Assembly (NCBI RefSeq): GCF_006345805.1
Contig: NW_021832867.1
Span: 33,675-97,674 of the forward strand
Length of the DNA stretch: 64,000 nt
Source: Octopus sinensis
Lineage: Eukaryota
Direction of reading: 5' to 3'
Below, piece by piece: positions 1 to 12,544 of the stretch. The position numbers were made by a program, and so were the translations under genes. A model generated the notes under the pieces. That model was not told where the DNA came from. It did not search any database and saw only the letters and a program-made list of their open reading frames with translations. Position 1 is the first letter of the stretch, and the number at the start of each line of letters is the position of its first letter.

Positions 1-164
1 TTCTAATTTTTGTGACGTCATCTGTTAAATGTACTATTTTGTAAAATATGCAAAGGAAAACGACTACATCCTTCTATCTGAAAGGGTCGAAAATTGTTTA
101 TTGATCATTTATTTCTATCTCTGGAACAATCTCAGTTTTAGATTTCTTGATGCAGGTACAAAAA

Positions 165-905
165 AGAGAAGTTAACTCCGAGCGGATGGACAGGCAATTT
201 CCACGTAATATCGGGAACGACATTCGCTGAAAAAGCCAGCTCGTTTCACGACTGTCGTGACTCCTCCTCGAGATGATTAAACTAATCTCTGAGAGGAGTT
301 TGAGCGCTTTGGGTCCAATTATCCCACTCGTCTCAAAGCCAGAGGAATGAAGCAGCAGATATCGGTCAACGAGCCATATTTTGCAGTTTTCATAGATTCG
401 ACAAGGGCAGATGCAGATCCAGGACGAGAAGCGGAGTCAACCAGTGATAATGAGGAAAATGAGTCTACGCAAATAACATTTCTCACAAGTGCCATTCCCT
501 CCCTGAACGGGAGTTTTCTGTCCCCACGGTCCAGTCCAACCGGTTCTAATATTGAGGAGAATCCAGCGGCGTTAAGCGCGTGCTTCACAACATAATTTAA
601 GGAGGCGTGCCTGAAAATCTTCCCGGCACTGAGACGACAAGAGAGAGGGTATAAACCACTCCTGTCGATGAATTTTCCACATCTACAATAGTGCGGCTGG
701 CAAATCTCCATGCAAAGCTGTAAACAAATTCCAATGCGGACTGATTCGTTGTCTAGGAACATACCGGCTGCAGGTAAAATAGTTTGTCAAACTGGAATTA
801 CTCTTGATATCCGTCAACCGAGGGAGCGAAAAAGCGGAGCGTCCTGGGGCCGAAGATCCCCGAAGACTCCAAAGCAATTCGAGAGGTGGCCGTACTTGAG
901 AATCT
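165..905 (-). mobile_element. CRE-like non-LTR retrotransposon, 3' fragment (Zn knuckle + restriction-like endonuclease), degraded
   Basis: Translations CQPHYCRCGKFIDRSGLYPLSCRLSAGKIFRH, LEPVGLDRGD and ELVFQRMSFPILRGNC are typical of the CRE-clade RLE C-terminus. It is homologous to the copy at about 24480-24870. Confidence 0.8.
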
Positions 906-1099
906 TTCGATCCTCGGCCAGTGCATTTAATTGATTTTAATTTCTTGTCGGGTAAAAAGAATGTAGATAATTCATGAAATGATAATGTACTATTTTTTGA
1001 GCGCATCCAGTGAAAAATTTAAATATTACATATATTACTTAGCAGATATTGGCATTGCAATAAATACAGTGAGGCAAAATGTGGAATATATATTCGAGT

Positions 1100-1445
1100 G
1101 AAAAGATAGAATTATGTTTATGGTGGATATGTAGCCTGGCGGATTGCCAAACTGTTTCCCCGGATAATGGCAATCGAGAGCCGTTGCATTAGCCAGTTCG
1201 CCTCCCGAGGATCATGGGTGCGCATTGAGATTTTGGCTCCGAGCTTGCGAAGGAACTTTTCAGTTTTTGGACCGAGAGCACCCGACGTCTCCGCCGCGAT
1301 CGGCACCACGGAAAACTTCTCCGAGAGGGCAGAATATTTTAAAAGCTTTAAATCTTCAGCCTTCTTAGCTGCAGATTTGGCCTCCAGGGCACACGAAGTT
1401 AAGTGAGAAGCAGAAAAGGTGTCGCAGCAGGTTGCGTCCCAAGTG
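1100..1445 (-). mobile_element. CRE-like retrotransposon RLE 3' fragment
   Basis: VPIAAETSGALGPKTEKFLRKLG...EANWLMQRLSIAIIRGN. Near-identical, in inverted orientation, to about 57470-57780. Confidence 0.85.
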
Positions 1446-1675
1446 AGGCAAATAAGTCAAAAAACACCTATCATTTTTTTAATTTGACATATTTTATAAC
1501 GTTAATGGTAGGTTAGCTACATACCATTTTTTGAGGCTCGGAATTTAAAGGCTGTTAAATTTGTCTTTATTTACAAGCGATAGTTAAATCACTTAAAAAC
1601 GGATTAATAATTACTATTTAAAAAATTAAATTGTAACAAGAACATTTAAAATATAGTGTAAATGAATTGACACTA

Positions 1676-3038
1676 TTACTTCCAGATCTAGAAAAAAGAG
1701 ACTATTTATAATACTTTTATCATGCCATCAAATCCTCCAGAGCAAATGGAAGATCCATTTTCTAAATATTTAATTCCCGTTACAGCATCTGAATGCCCTA
1801 ATATCCATGATATGCGATTTCCAGTTAAAACATCCCAAATATTAATCGATCCATCCAAATGTCCAGAAATGAGAAACGCTCCTACCAATTAATAACAATA
1901 TTTTTGAACCACTAAATGAAAAACAGGCCGAACAGACTCTGCTAATTACCGATTTACATTTAAAAAGAACAATTATACACAATGAACGTATATCAATAAG
2001 TCGACTCTAAAAATAAATTTTTCAGTAAAATATTTACCGATCCGTCTAATGAGCACATCAAAAAGTAGCCTTCATTTGGACACCAAGCCAGATTTGTTAT
2101 ATTTTCAATGTTAGGAAATGTTCTAACAATTTCTTTACCTCTAATATCGCATAAGAGTGTATCAGTTTTGTCCTATTAGTAATTAAAGCAACGCTAACAG
2201 CTGATAAAAAAGTGGATCCTGAATTAGATGTAAGTTCAAGAAAATTTACTCGACCAATATGGCCTGAGTAGCTGGCCAAAGTTACTTCATTTTCTATGTC
2301 TGTCACAGCACAATTTCCTTCAAAATCTCCAGAAAGAATCTGTTATACTAAATCAAACATTAAATTTGACCAGATTGCTGGAATAAAAAAAACGGCTTTT
2401 TGTTAGTCTTCTCGAAGAGCACCTGACATCTTTGAAATTTTCAATATCATGAGTCCAAATTTTACAGATTGAATCAAACCCTCTTAAAAAATTATAAAAA
2501 TTATCAACGAAATAAGTATATTTTTTCCAGATGGTCCAATAGAACAACAATTAGGATTGTTTAGTTCTATTCTGTTCTGTCTACAACTGAACGTGTTCAA
2601 ATCATGTGTAATGCAGATTGAATTCTAACATAATACATTTTATAAATACCTCAAGTATACAGGCAATCCTTTCTTCAGTAGAATTTAAAGATAGTTCAAG
2701 AATTTTATTGTCACATTTTGTTGACTTTTTATAAGAAATGTCTACAAGTCTATTTCCCTTGGCTCTTTTTGCTTTCATGTAAATATATAAATAATACAAA
2801 TTGATTCAACGTACGGCATCATGAGAATCAATTCTTTTTTGTATTCGTTCACTAAGTCCGATTCCTCGTCAGTAGACCTTACATAATTTAAATTAAATTC
2901 TGTCTTTCTTCTATTCATTTTTATTGTATCAGGTGTTGAATCAGTTGAGCTATCGTCGAATTTGCTTTGCGAATATAAAGAAATTTCGTCAAACGTTGAT
3001 TCAGTTTTTTTAATTTCAATTTCGCTGGACCTCTTCAT
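1676..3038 (-). CDS. GNB: Divergent G-protein beta subunit-like WD40 protein, multi-exon with micro-introns and about 2 homopolymer frameshifts
   Basis: The spliced reading gives CSIGPSGKNILISGFDSICKIW, LILSGDFEGNCAVTDIE, SYSGHIGRV, SRLIDIRS and GAFLISGHLDGSINIWDVLTGNRISWILGH...SGGFDGMIK|IWK*. These follow the G-beta motif order (CALWDIE, CRLFDLR, LKIWN*). The last intron is 27 nt GT-AG. Confidence 0.6.
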
Positions 3039-3309
3039 CTTAATTTCGAATAATCAGAATATTAACCATAAAATACGGAAACTATTATACATTTTATACT
3101 AGAATTAATGAGGAGTAAAATGATCAAATTAAATTTTACCTATTACTTTTATAAAATAATAAAACAAATATTAGATCAATTTAGAAGAGAACTAATATTT
3201 AATTAACAGAAATGAAATATAATTTGTCACCATTTTAAATTAACGATCTTTAGATAATTGCCCATCAACTATTTCTTTTTTCAAAATTACTTTAAATTAA
3301 CGATAGAGA

Positions 3310-3850
3310 AAATGTTGCTATCAGAATCGCTATGTAGATTTTTCGAAACAAACATTTATTCTCTAGAGGCTCTCTTCGTCTTTTTGGATCAGTTTCCCAA
3401 TCTTTCCAACGAGTTCAAACGGTTTATTATTCATTGGTCCGGAAGTTTCTACGGAAATTGGAGAAAAGATGATGTTGTCCGACAGATCGGAATATTTTGA
3501 GATTTTTATATTTTTTGGCGTTCTTAGCGGCTGAACCTGGACTGATTACAAAGGCAACTATATTCGTCTTCAAAAAGGTGTCGATGGACCTATTACACAA
3601 AAAATTTCGCATTACTCAACGGAAAAACAGTGACTTCATCTGGGCGTTGACCGTCTCCAAGGTCAAGCCAAACAGGTTCCAGTCCTATCGGGAATCCAGC
3701 AGCTTATAACGCAGCCGAAATAGTCTCGTTAATAGCAGAATGTCTGAGAGCATGCACGTGGGGAGAGAAAAGCAGAAAGACCTATTTAAGTGGCAAACCT
3801 AGTCTAATTCCACCAAGCCTTAAAGGTAATTTGCAACAAGTCCACGTCAT
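3310..3850 (-). mobile_element. CRE-like retrotransposon fragment, internally deleted (RT thumb joined to RLE)
   Basis: LPLRLGGI thumb motif followed by an RLE region paralogous to 55716-56165; contains stops and frameshifts. Confidence 0.7.
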
Positions 3851-4470
3851 CAAAGCATATTTTTAGGATTTTTTCAGCTTTGAAATTTATTAATGCTCTT
3901 TCGGGTGAGGAATACCGGAACATTAAAAAAAAGCTCTCTGACCACAATTTTCTTCGTGAAAGGCAAACAGTGCCGTCTTTATTTAAATTTCAATTCTTGA
4001 TTATTTACAGCACTTTTAAAAGATCGATATATACTAAAGAACGTTATGTTGACTAAGGTCCCGTTTGTGCCAGCCACACATTTATTTGTAACAAAAGAAA
4101 GAGAACAAATAACTATTTATTCTAATTAATCCGAAATGAGTTGCATCTCTTCTTTTCAAATTCTTTTTATTGGCGTGCGGCTGAAGAAGACTAGGAAGCC
4201 TGTGACATCCCATTCGGAGTCCGTCCGCCTTAAATTGTTTGGGGAATCCTTTTTTATAAAAGTAATGATTTTTTACAGTTCGCTTTAAAGTATAAATTTA
4301 ATTCATCGATAATTATAATGCTTATATTGAACTTTACTGATCTATGTTTAATTGGGCTATTGTCAGACTTAACTTGAAATGCAATGTTAATGTGTTGTCT
4401 GGAATTTTACAATTTAGTATTAATGAATAAAAGTTAAATGTTTTTATGGAAAAGAAAGGAATAAATACGC

Positions 4471-5690
4471 TTATACGTACATTTTGATAGAGCACGAATC
4501 ACCCCAAATAGGCTGAGAATCAAAAGGTTCGCCATCAACTGACATAGATTTTAGCCTTTCTGGAGGGAAAATTCCAAAAGATTCGATTTCTATAACCTGA
4601 ATGTCATTTAAAGATTCAATATCGGGATTTAGGGCATGCATCATGAACTTGAATTTATTCCGGAATGAACCAGGCTTTAACAAAAACTAAATTAAATAAA
4701 AAGTAGTAATAAACTAAATAAGGATTTCCAGAGAAAGAACTGAACCCAGGAAATAGACACAAAGTTTCCCCGACAAATGGATGTGCAGAAACAGTAACTG
4801 AAGCAAATTTTCCTTCGATGACTTCCCATTCATTTGGAATATCCCCACCAAACTTCTCTCTTGCTTCTAAAATGTTTTATATCGTTCACCAGTTAACGGT
4901 TCTGAAATCTCTGGATATAGTGTGTAATGTTCGGTAACAATCAATTTTTGAAAAAATGGTTTGAGGGGCTTTTTTGAATACTTTGGTTTGTAAAAAATTG
5001 TATATTTGTCATTATTGTAAGGATCTGTATGATTTATGGAGTATTACTGGATATGATTAGTTTTGTCGCCATCAAACGTGTTGTCAGTGCTCGCGGATTT
5101 CCAGATTTAAAATCAATGTCTGGGAGTATTCCGAATGAGATTATTATATGAGATCGGACGGTTTTCTCACATCGAGTCAGCTTAACAAACACTGCATTTA
5201 CATCCTGGGGTATATTCGACTTGTATGAAGATATAGAGCTATGTATATATTCAGTCATTCGAGAACAACTTAAATTAAATACAACTTTGTTCACTTTTTT
5301 TGAACTGAGAAGCTCTTATACAACCCGTTGTTGGTTCCTCCAGGAAAAATGATGAAACGAATGCTTTTTGATAAGTTAAAGTCCTCCCGACCCAATAATG
5401 AATGAATTACCAAATAAATAAGCACTTTTTATTTACCTGGAACATAGTTCCATCCCCAGAGACAAAGACAATAACGTTTAATAAAGAAAAATCGAATTCT
5501 TTTTCAAAATATTTTTTTATTTGATGACTTGATTCTATAATATTGATGCATTAAGGTATACCTGTAATAAATGTATTGTATGGGATGTTTTTATTTTTTA
5601 AAATTGGAGCTATCACTTTTTCAAACCGTTTTAAAGATTTTTTATTACCAGAATTTGGGTTAATCACAATGAACATTGAACCTGTTAGAA
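4471..5690 (-). CDS. SPHK: Sphingosine kinase-like lipid kinase (DAGK catalytic domain); the 5' exon probably lies further upstream
   Basis: FIVINPNSGNKKSLKRFEKVIAPIF, IVFVSGDGTMFQ, FPGGTNNGL, IPNEWEVIEG and SVDGEP match SphK motifs. Introns are 23-29 nt. Two A-tract frameshifts are needed to keep the frame. Confidence 0.8.
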
Positions 5691-5954
5691 AATAGTATAA
5701 GGTGTTATAGTTAATTTTTTAATACATTTCCAAATTTGAAATAAAAATAAATAAAAATAATATTTATAAAGATTTTAGTTTTCAAAGTTTTTTAATATTC
5801 TGCAAATTAGAAATAAAATTAGTTTTCGAAGGTTTTTAATATCTATCTTTTAAAATTCATCTCACCTGATAAATAAAACAAAAATTAATATAATTTTGTC
5901 TTTATCAGTCAAATAATTAAAAATTTAAAACAACTAACAGAACAATTCGATTAT

Positions 5955-6115
5955 TGACCATGCCGGGATGACCGACAATCGGTTGAATAGGACGCCACAT
6001 ACGTAGACACCTACGCGCTTACTTTCCTACAATTTCCAGTAGTGATTTCTGAACACGTCTCCTCCAGGGCAAAGATACGAAGATCAAAAAATATGCTTGT
6101 TTCCTGAATCACTCG
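5955..6115 (+). mobile_element. Short CRE-like RLE relic
   Basis: DATYVDTYA...KIKKYA, the RLE core motif, with stops. Confidence 0.5.
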
Positions 6116-6285
6116 CTTCTATTGCCTGTTAGATCAGTGATTTCGTCGACAAGCGCTTCTTTTGAAGATGGCGACATGGATCTCCACAAATAAAGTCACG
6201 AACGAGCAGAGTACAAAACGCAACTAATCCATCCAACCCCGATATCAAATATGGAATAATAAAACGAAATTCCTTGAAACCAGAA

Positions 6286-8017
6286 TTATCCGACATAATG
6301 GTAGTGACAACCAGCAAAGCACTCCGAGCCATAAGGTCTCCACGGCCTTTCAAAGAACTCTAACGGAAGAGGCACTGAGTGTCTTTCCACAACATCGCAT
6401 AGCGTTTTATCGACCAAAAATAAAGCAAATTTCAATCTCTCGCTGTCATTTAAATCAGTTCCTACAATATGAATAACACAGCCGACCAAACAAGGCAGAT
6501 TCACAGCACGCAGTCTCCCCCAAATATTTATTCAACACATTTTGGGATTCCAGTTCATTTATTTTGTGACCTGAGTAGCGCTTAACTATACAGAATATTA
6601 ATTAAAAACTAACCTCTAGCCTCGGCTGGAACAGCGATGCAAATTTTGCATTCCTCCATCACTTCCTCAGTAAAAAGAGCTGGAAATCTTACAAATCTAA
6701 ACATAGTTCCAAAACCTGTGTTGTAGAACAGACATAGCAAGGCAATTTCCACAATTAGTAGATACATCATTTGTGCTATAAGCTTAATAATCTTATTATA
6801 CACAAGGGAGACTATTTCGTCGTTAGTTCGTCTGAGGATAAGAAGAGGCCCACTATATCTGCATGAAATGATCAAAACCACACAACCTTTTGAGAAGCTT
6901 AGCAACGTCCAGGTCAAAATGAGCTTTCATGACAGCCTCAACCATAAAATCTAAATTCTTAGAGTACTCATTACGGAAAAAATCCGCCATCGAATTTTTA
7001 GCAACGGGAATAATGGAATGGAAAGTCCCATCGACAATCTGATTAAAGTCGAACAAAATCAACCACTGAATCCACTGAGGGGAAGAGGGCAGCTCCAAAT
7101 GCGGCCGAATAGCCCCCAATAGACCACCCATACAAAATGATCTTGTTTGTATTGAATCCCAATTCCTCAATGGCGTACAAAATGACAGCATAAACGGCGT
7201 TATTCTCCTCATAGACATACGGAAGACTCTTAAAGTACGTCTAGTTGAACCAAATACCGAACTTGCCCCAAATCCCGGATGGTTCCAGGCCAGGACTGAA
7301 TGTCCCAGTGATATTATGCTCTGATTTGACCCACACTCGTAAAACGAGCAGTTTCCCTCACTGCAAATGACAAGAAACTGCCCAGCGTGGCAGTCCCGAC
7401 GGTCCAAGAACATTGTGTCGATTTCTGCGCCTGTGAGGGTCTTGACTTTGGCTCTTCGTCCCCCATACTTTGGTAATCAAGTCAAAATGTACAAGTTGTA
7501 CAAGCGATGACCGTCCGTCGTTCAACATGGGCTCGAAATAGTCCTTAGTGAAATGTGTGGACCCCGGATAGACCAAAGGACGTCCCACAAAGAGCATTAA
7601 TAACCACGTAAGGATATATTTAAGATCGAAAATATGATCGACCAGAGAATCCGACTGCAGCTGTTTGAGTATGGCAGAATCAGAACATTGAGCAGCATAA
7701 TCCACAGGCCAGAATCGGAAATCGTAGTCAAATGCTTTCAAAACGTTCTTTTCATTAAAATTGGATTTTACTTTTGAGCACTTTTGGTCGAGTACTTGGC
7801 AATATTTGTCAAAGAATGCCATATACACAGGATTGTAGAATCGACCCAGCACTAAAAAATCGAGACAACAATTTATTAACAATTTGTCAAACTGAGGACT
7901 CTTTTGATCAGGAATAAAGTTATGTATACATAAAGTATCATTAGCTTATCAGAACCAAGGAGGACAAGTGGGACTGCAGAGTATAATACTATTTTATTAA
8001 CAAATGAGATCTGCCAT
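6286..8017 (-). CDS. ABHD16A: Phosphatidylserine lipase ABHD16A (alpha/beta hydrolase), multi-exon
   Basis: FDYDFRFWPVDY, GRPLVYPGS, QFLVICSEGNCSFYECG, HSVLAWNHPGFGASS, nucleophile GWSIGG, RYSGPLLILRRTNDEIVS and C-terminal HSVPLPLEFFERPW. Introns are about 25-29 nt. The start codon at 8017 is tentative. Confidence 0.88.
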
Positions 8018-8148
8018 GGTTATATATAAAACAAACAATATTCGTGTATACTGACGAAATGTGTTCTAATTTATTCATGTGGTAATCTTCCTGTGGAATA
8101 GATCAGGAATTTCATTACCGAGTCGGGTTTTTTGTACACGTGAATCAG

Positions 8149-8388
8149 TTTGGGTCCAGTCAAAAAGCGGTAAATACGTTTAAAATTGTGGTGAACCATT
8201 TCTACTGCAAATTTAGTGGTTCAACTAAAGATACAAAATGTATTTTAAGTTACAAATAAATAAATTTAATTTATTTTACAACTAAATTAATTATTTTCAA
8301 ATCGTGAAATTTATTTATGGCTCTTAATGAGACTCTTAATAAGTATATTTGATTTGATTTGGGTCCAGTCAAAAAGCGGTTAATACGT
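8149..8388. repeat. 31-bp direct repeat pair (8149-8179 and 8358-8388) plus nearby CTCTTAATGAGAC motifs
   Basis: TTTGGGTCCAGTCAAAAAGCGGT(A/T)AATACGT occurs twice with one mismatch. CTCTTAATGAGAC occurs near 8321 and 8418. Confidence 0.8.
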
Positions 8389-9509
8389 ATATCGATAGTT
8401 CTTATCGATCAAGAGTCTCTTAATGAGACGCCGGCTTTCTTACAGTTTTTCAGTGACCATCCGAATTCGGTTTCTATTCTTTTTAATTAAATTCTGTCTT
8501 GTTTCTCGAAAGCACACGTTTTAGAAGTCAAATTGACAAGACTCTTTAATTTTATTTCTACCAGACTGTTTTAATAGTGATATATGTTTCCAGACTGATA
8601 ATGCAAGATTCTTTGTAAAATATGACACTTCTCAAACACGAAACTATTCCTTTATAGACAAAATGGTAGTCCATGTATTTCAAGGATTCAGATCCTGTTT
8701 TTGACTGTTTTGTTTAATAAATCTCTTCAAATTAATTAAAAAATCGTTAATGGATTACAATATTTTCAATGTATCAAGCGAATTTATTAGAGAGTTGTAT
8801 TGGTAAGACCCTGGGAACAAATTTGAGCGGAAGCAGGTCTTTACATGCTTTTCTAAAAAATTCGTCTCATCCCTCGCTCAGTACAACATATTGATTATCA
8901 ATCGATTATATTACAATTCCCCCCAGTTTTTTTCCAAAAACAAACAGTTTGGTCTGAATTAGATTTTGAAAAACATTTCCTTGGGATAATTACTGTAAAA
9001 GTTAAGAACCCGGTTATTAACTGTCTACAATAAGCTTCCAAAAGACAAAGTACATCATAAGTTTGTATCGATGATAAAAATTCATGATTTTCTCGCTGCT
9101 AAAGACGAAGTTTTAAGATTGTTTTCTGAAAAACAAAACCTGACGATTTGATGGCCTCTGATTAGTTGAACTTTTTTAAAAAATTATTTAGAATCCCTCT
9201 TTAGCAGGTCCCTCGATCAACCAACTAATATCGGATGTTTAATAAACGATGCTGGTGCTATGAAAAACTTTTTTTGAAAATGTTCAAAAAAAGATTGGAT
9301 AGTTTTGCTTTCTTTTTTCAAAGACATAATAACTACCGGATTTGTCACAATGATCTGGCAAAAGTAATTCTCCTGTATTATAAAGAATCATCTTTGTAAG
9401 AAAAGGTAGCTTTGGGACTACTTCTTTAGTTCCCAGTGAGAAATCGCATCAATTATCGAATTTAAAAATTTCCCATGTGTTCATGTCTGATCTCCTAGTC
9501 TGACATCAA

Positions 9510-10260
9510 AGTGATTGATTGGGAGATTGATTCGAAAAGTCTACAGTTTAGGGAGTGTGTGGGGAAGGGGTCGTTTGGGACTGTCTACAAATGTGATTAT
9601 TACGGAAAGGCAGCGGTAAAGATAATCCACTAACTAATCCTTCAAACGAGGATTTGGCTTCTTATCGAAACGAGATCGCTGTTTTGCAGTAAAAGAGTGA
9701 CTCAGACGTTTTTTAGAAGATTGGGGATGAGCATAGTCTGCTTTTCATGAGATGTATTACAGACCCGTACATGGCGATTGTGACTGAGTGGTGTGAAATG
9801 TCTTCTCTTTATGAAAGTCATCACGTTGAAGAACTTATTTTCGAACCTTTACAATTCTTTACATTGCTCGTCAACTCGCAGAAGGAATGGCTTATCTGCA
9901 TTCTAAACAAATCATTCATTGTGATCTTAAATCTAACAGTTTTGTTGAAAATGATTATGTTCAGACAATTGTTGATACAAGTTCTTCAAAAAAACCAAGA
10001 CTTGTTGGGTTAGTTTTTTGGATGGCATGTTTTATCTGAGACATGTTTAGGCTCCTGAAATCATCCGTCTGCGAGAAAAAAGTGGACCGTTCTTTTTTTG
10101 GACATGTATGCATATGGAATAGTCCTTTACGAGTTAATCACTGGCAAACTCCCATAAAAACGAGAATAATCACCGACGGACTCCGTTATTCATTTGCAAC
10201 TGGTAAATGGGGTGATCAAAAAAAGCCCACATGGCCCGTGCTGGTGTTTCTCAGTTTTAT
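9510..10260 (+). pseudogene. RAF: Raf-family kinase domain pseudogene fragment
   Basis: DWEID...VGKGSFGTVYK..YGKAAVK, NEIAVL, MAIVTEWCEMSSLY, IIHCDLKSN, FWMA.PEIIR. It has many frameshifts, HRD changed to HCD, and no recognisable DFG. Short introns are retained. Confidence 0.82.
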
Positions 10261-10304
10261 TGGATATTTTGAGTTTTTGTTAGGTATTTAATAGACTAAC
10301 ATAT

Positions 10305-11885
10305 GTGTCGACTCTCTCACATTTGCGACGTCTCAATTCCCCTATCGGCCGTGGTTGAAAACTGGCCCGTCCTTGTCAACACCACAACACACAATGGGAG
10401 TACCTGTGTCCGGCAAAGACACCCGAGGAAACCGCAGTTGATCAAGAACTTGGCTCTCATGGCTTATATCTTAATGGGGTCTCAGCCTTATCCAATCTTG
10501 GAGTTTTTGAAAGAATGGCGGATGGAGAATTTAGAGGAGATATTATCACCGACGATAGTTGGAAGATCTGTTAATTCTGACTGAGCCTCAGCACTACAAA
10601 GGTGTTTGTAAATAGGTGTTTGGTGGGTATTCACCGTGATCCTGAACGACTAATGGTGATTCTCGAAAAATTGAGACGTCAGACTGGAGACGTGGTGGTC
10701 TCGGAGGTATGGAGTCATGTTGAATTGTAGGTTTCCACATTACAGGGCATTGAAGACAGGGAGATCAAAATATCGTGTGACGCCGGTCGTGCATTTCGTC
10801 CGCTTCTTATTGTGGAGAACTATTAATTATTACTAAAAAATCGCTATTTCGAGGGATTCAAGCGCCAATACGACTCACTTGGGTTGATTGTTTTGTTTCT
10901 AGCATCAGATAGAAGGATTTAGTATCTGGTGGAGTTTTGGACTACATTGACTCGATTGAAAAACAGATGACAACGATTGCAATGCATCCTGACGATTTAT
11001 CCGAAGTATCCTCTTCACTGTTCGTCTTACACTCATTGCGAAATAAACCTGTCCATGACATTGGGAGTGTGTGCCTTCCTCATTTCCTTTCCCGATCATA
11101 ACCAGGTGTTTTACATTTTCCATTACCCTTTTAGCCTTCTAGAAACACTAACCAGGCTGCCATGGGGAAGCAGACTATGGGAGTGTACGTCACCAACTTT
11201 CACGTCAGGATGGATTCGTTAGCATTCTATCTTTATTATCCACAAAAATTACTCACAACGATTAGAGCCACCGAGTTTCTAAAGTTTAGAGAACTTCTGA
11301 CTGGTTAGTCAATTTTGGTGAATTACAGGAATTAACACAATCGTGACTATAGATGTCTACACAGGCTACAATCAGAAGATTCCATAATAATGGATCAGTC
11401 GAGATTGGTCAGGGGCTATTTAGGTTATTGGTCTTGTAAATGACTCAGAGCAGTATTTTATCGTTGTTATCGTGACCAGGAAACACGACGTCCTCCATAT
11501 GGGGAAGGGTGTTTCAAAAGACCAAATAGAAATGAAGTAATCGGAATGAGACACGCCGTTTATGAAAAGTTGGACGAAGACGGGGTGATTGCTCCGGGGA
11601 CACGTTTTTTGGGAGATGATGTAATAATTAGAAAGATGGCGGCTATAAAATAACAGTGATGATGAAGTTGGCTATGTTTGAAAGTAATTTTTAGTTGGAA
11701 GGTGATGTCAAGCGTTTTTCTAAAAGGGATATCTCTACGTTCTTATGAAAAACGGAAATCGAGATAGTCGACCAAGTGATGATGACAATGAGTCAGGAAG
11801 AGTACAAATTATGTAAAGTTCGCGTGCAAACGTGAAAAATTTTACAAATCGGGAATATGTTTGCTTCCCAACATGGAATCCAATA
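10305..11885 (+). pseudogene. POLR2B: RNA polymerase II second-largest subunit, internal fragment, pseudogene
   Basis: [87 protein letters not shown]. It has numerous stops and frameshifts, lacks both ends, and keeps 25-nt introns (e.g. 11304-11328). Confidence 0.9.
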
Positions 11886-12488
11886 CCGTCAGATGATTCA
11901 GTAGTTTTCCAATGCCGAAGAAAGAAAGGCGGGAAAATATAAATGATTTTTTGCATCAAAGGATAGTTATAGAGGATAAAGAATGAATGATCAAGATCAA
12001 TGACAGAAAGTTTTCACAACGGGATGTGATAAGATTCTTAAATACGTAACTATCGAATAAGCTTTCTACACATCTAAAACATGCCCAGACTAATTTCTTA
12101 AAGAATAATTGAGGTTCACTTGAAATAATACTTGAAGAATAATTAGAATTGATTGAATACTTGACAATACTTTTTTACAGAACTAACATGGTTTTCAAAT
12201 CAGATTTATTTCCTGAATATCAATGAGAAATTCTGTTAAACTTTTAAAATTGACATCCACCTTTTTCTTACACTTAGAATTTCTAGATAAGATCACCTAA
12301 AGCAAGCTGAAGTTGATGTTCGTTACTATGACGCTCAATCACCTGGTTGATGAAAATTTCTTTATTTAATTTCCGCGTTCTTGTTAACTGAGTTACTTTT
12401 TTCAAATTTTAATAATTTAAAAAATTATTGAATTAACAAAAGTAATCATTAAGAATTTCAGATCTTAAACAAAGAATTTAGATGATTT

Positions 12489-12515
12489 GGAGTGATAAAT
12501 CCGATTTATCACTCC
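12489..12515. repeat. Perfect 13-bp inverted repeat with a 1-nt spacer
   Basis: GGAGTGATAAATC-C-GATTTATCACTCC. Confidence 0.9.
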
Positions 12516-12544
12516 GGACACTTAGAACGGGCCTAGACATTATA

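Noticed and set aside
4141-4260. GC-richer patch downstream of SPHK considered as an snRNA or last exon
   Set aside because: No Sm site or U-snRNA signature recognised and no convincing splice solution.
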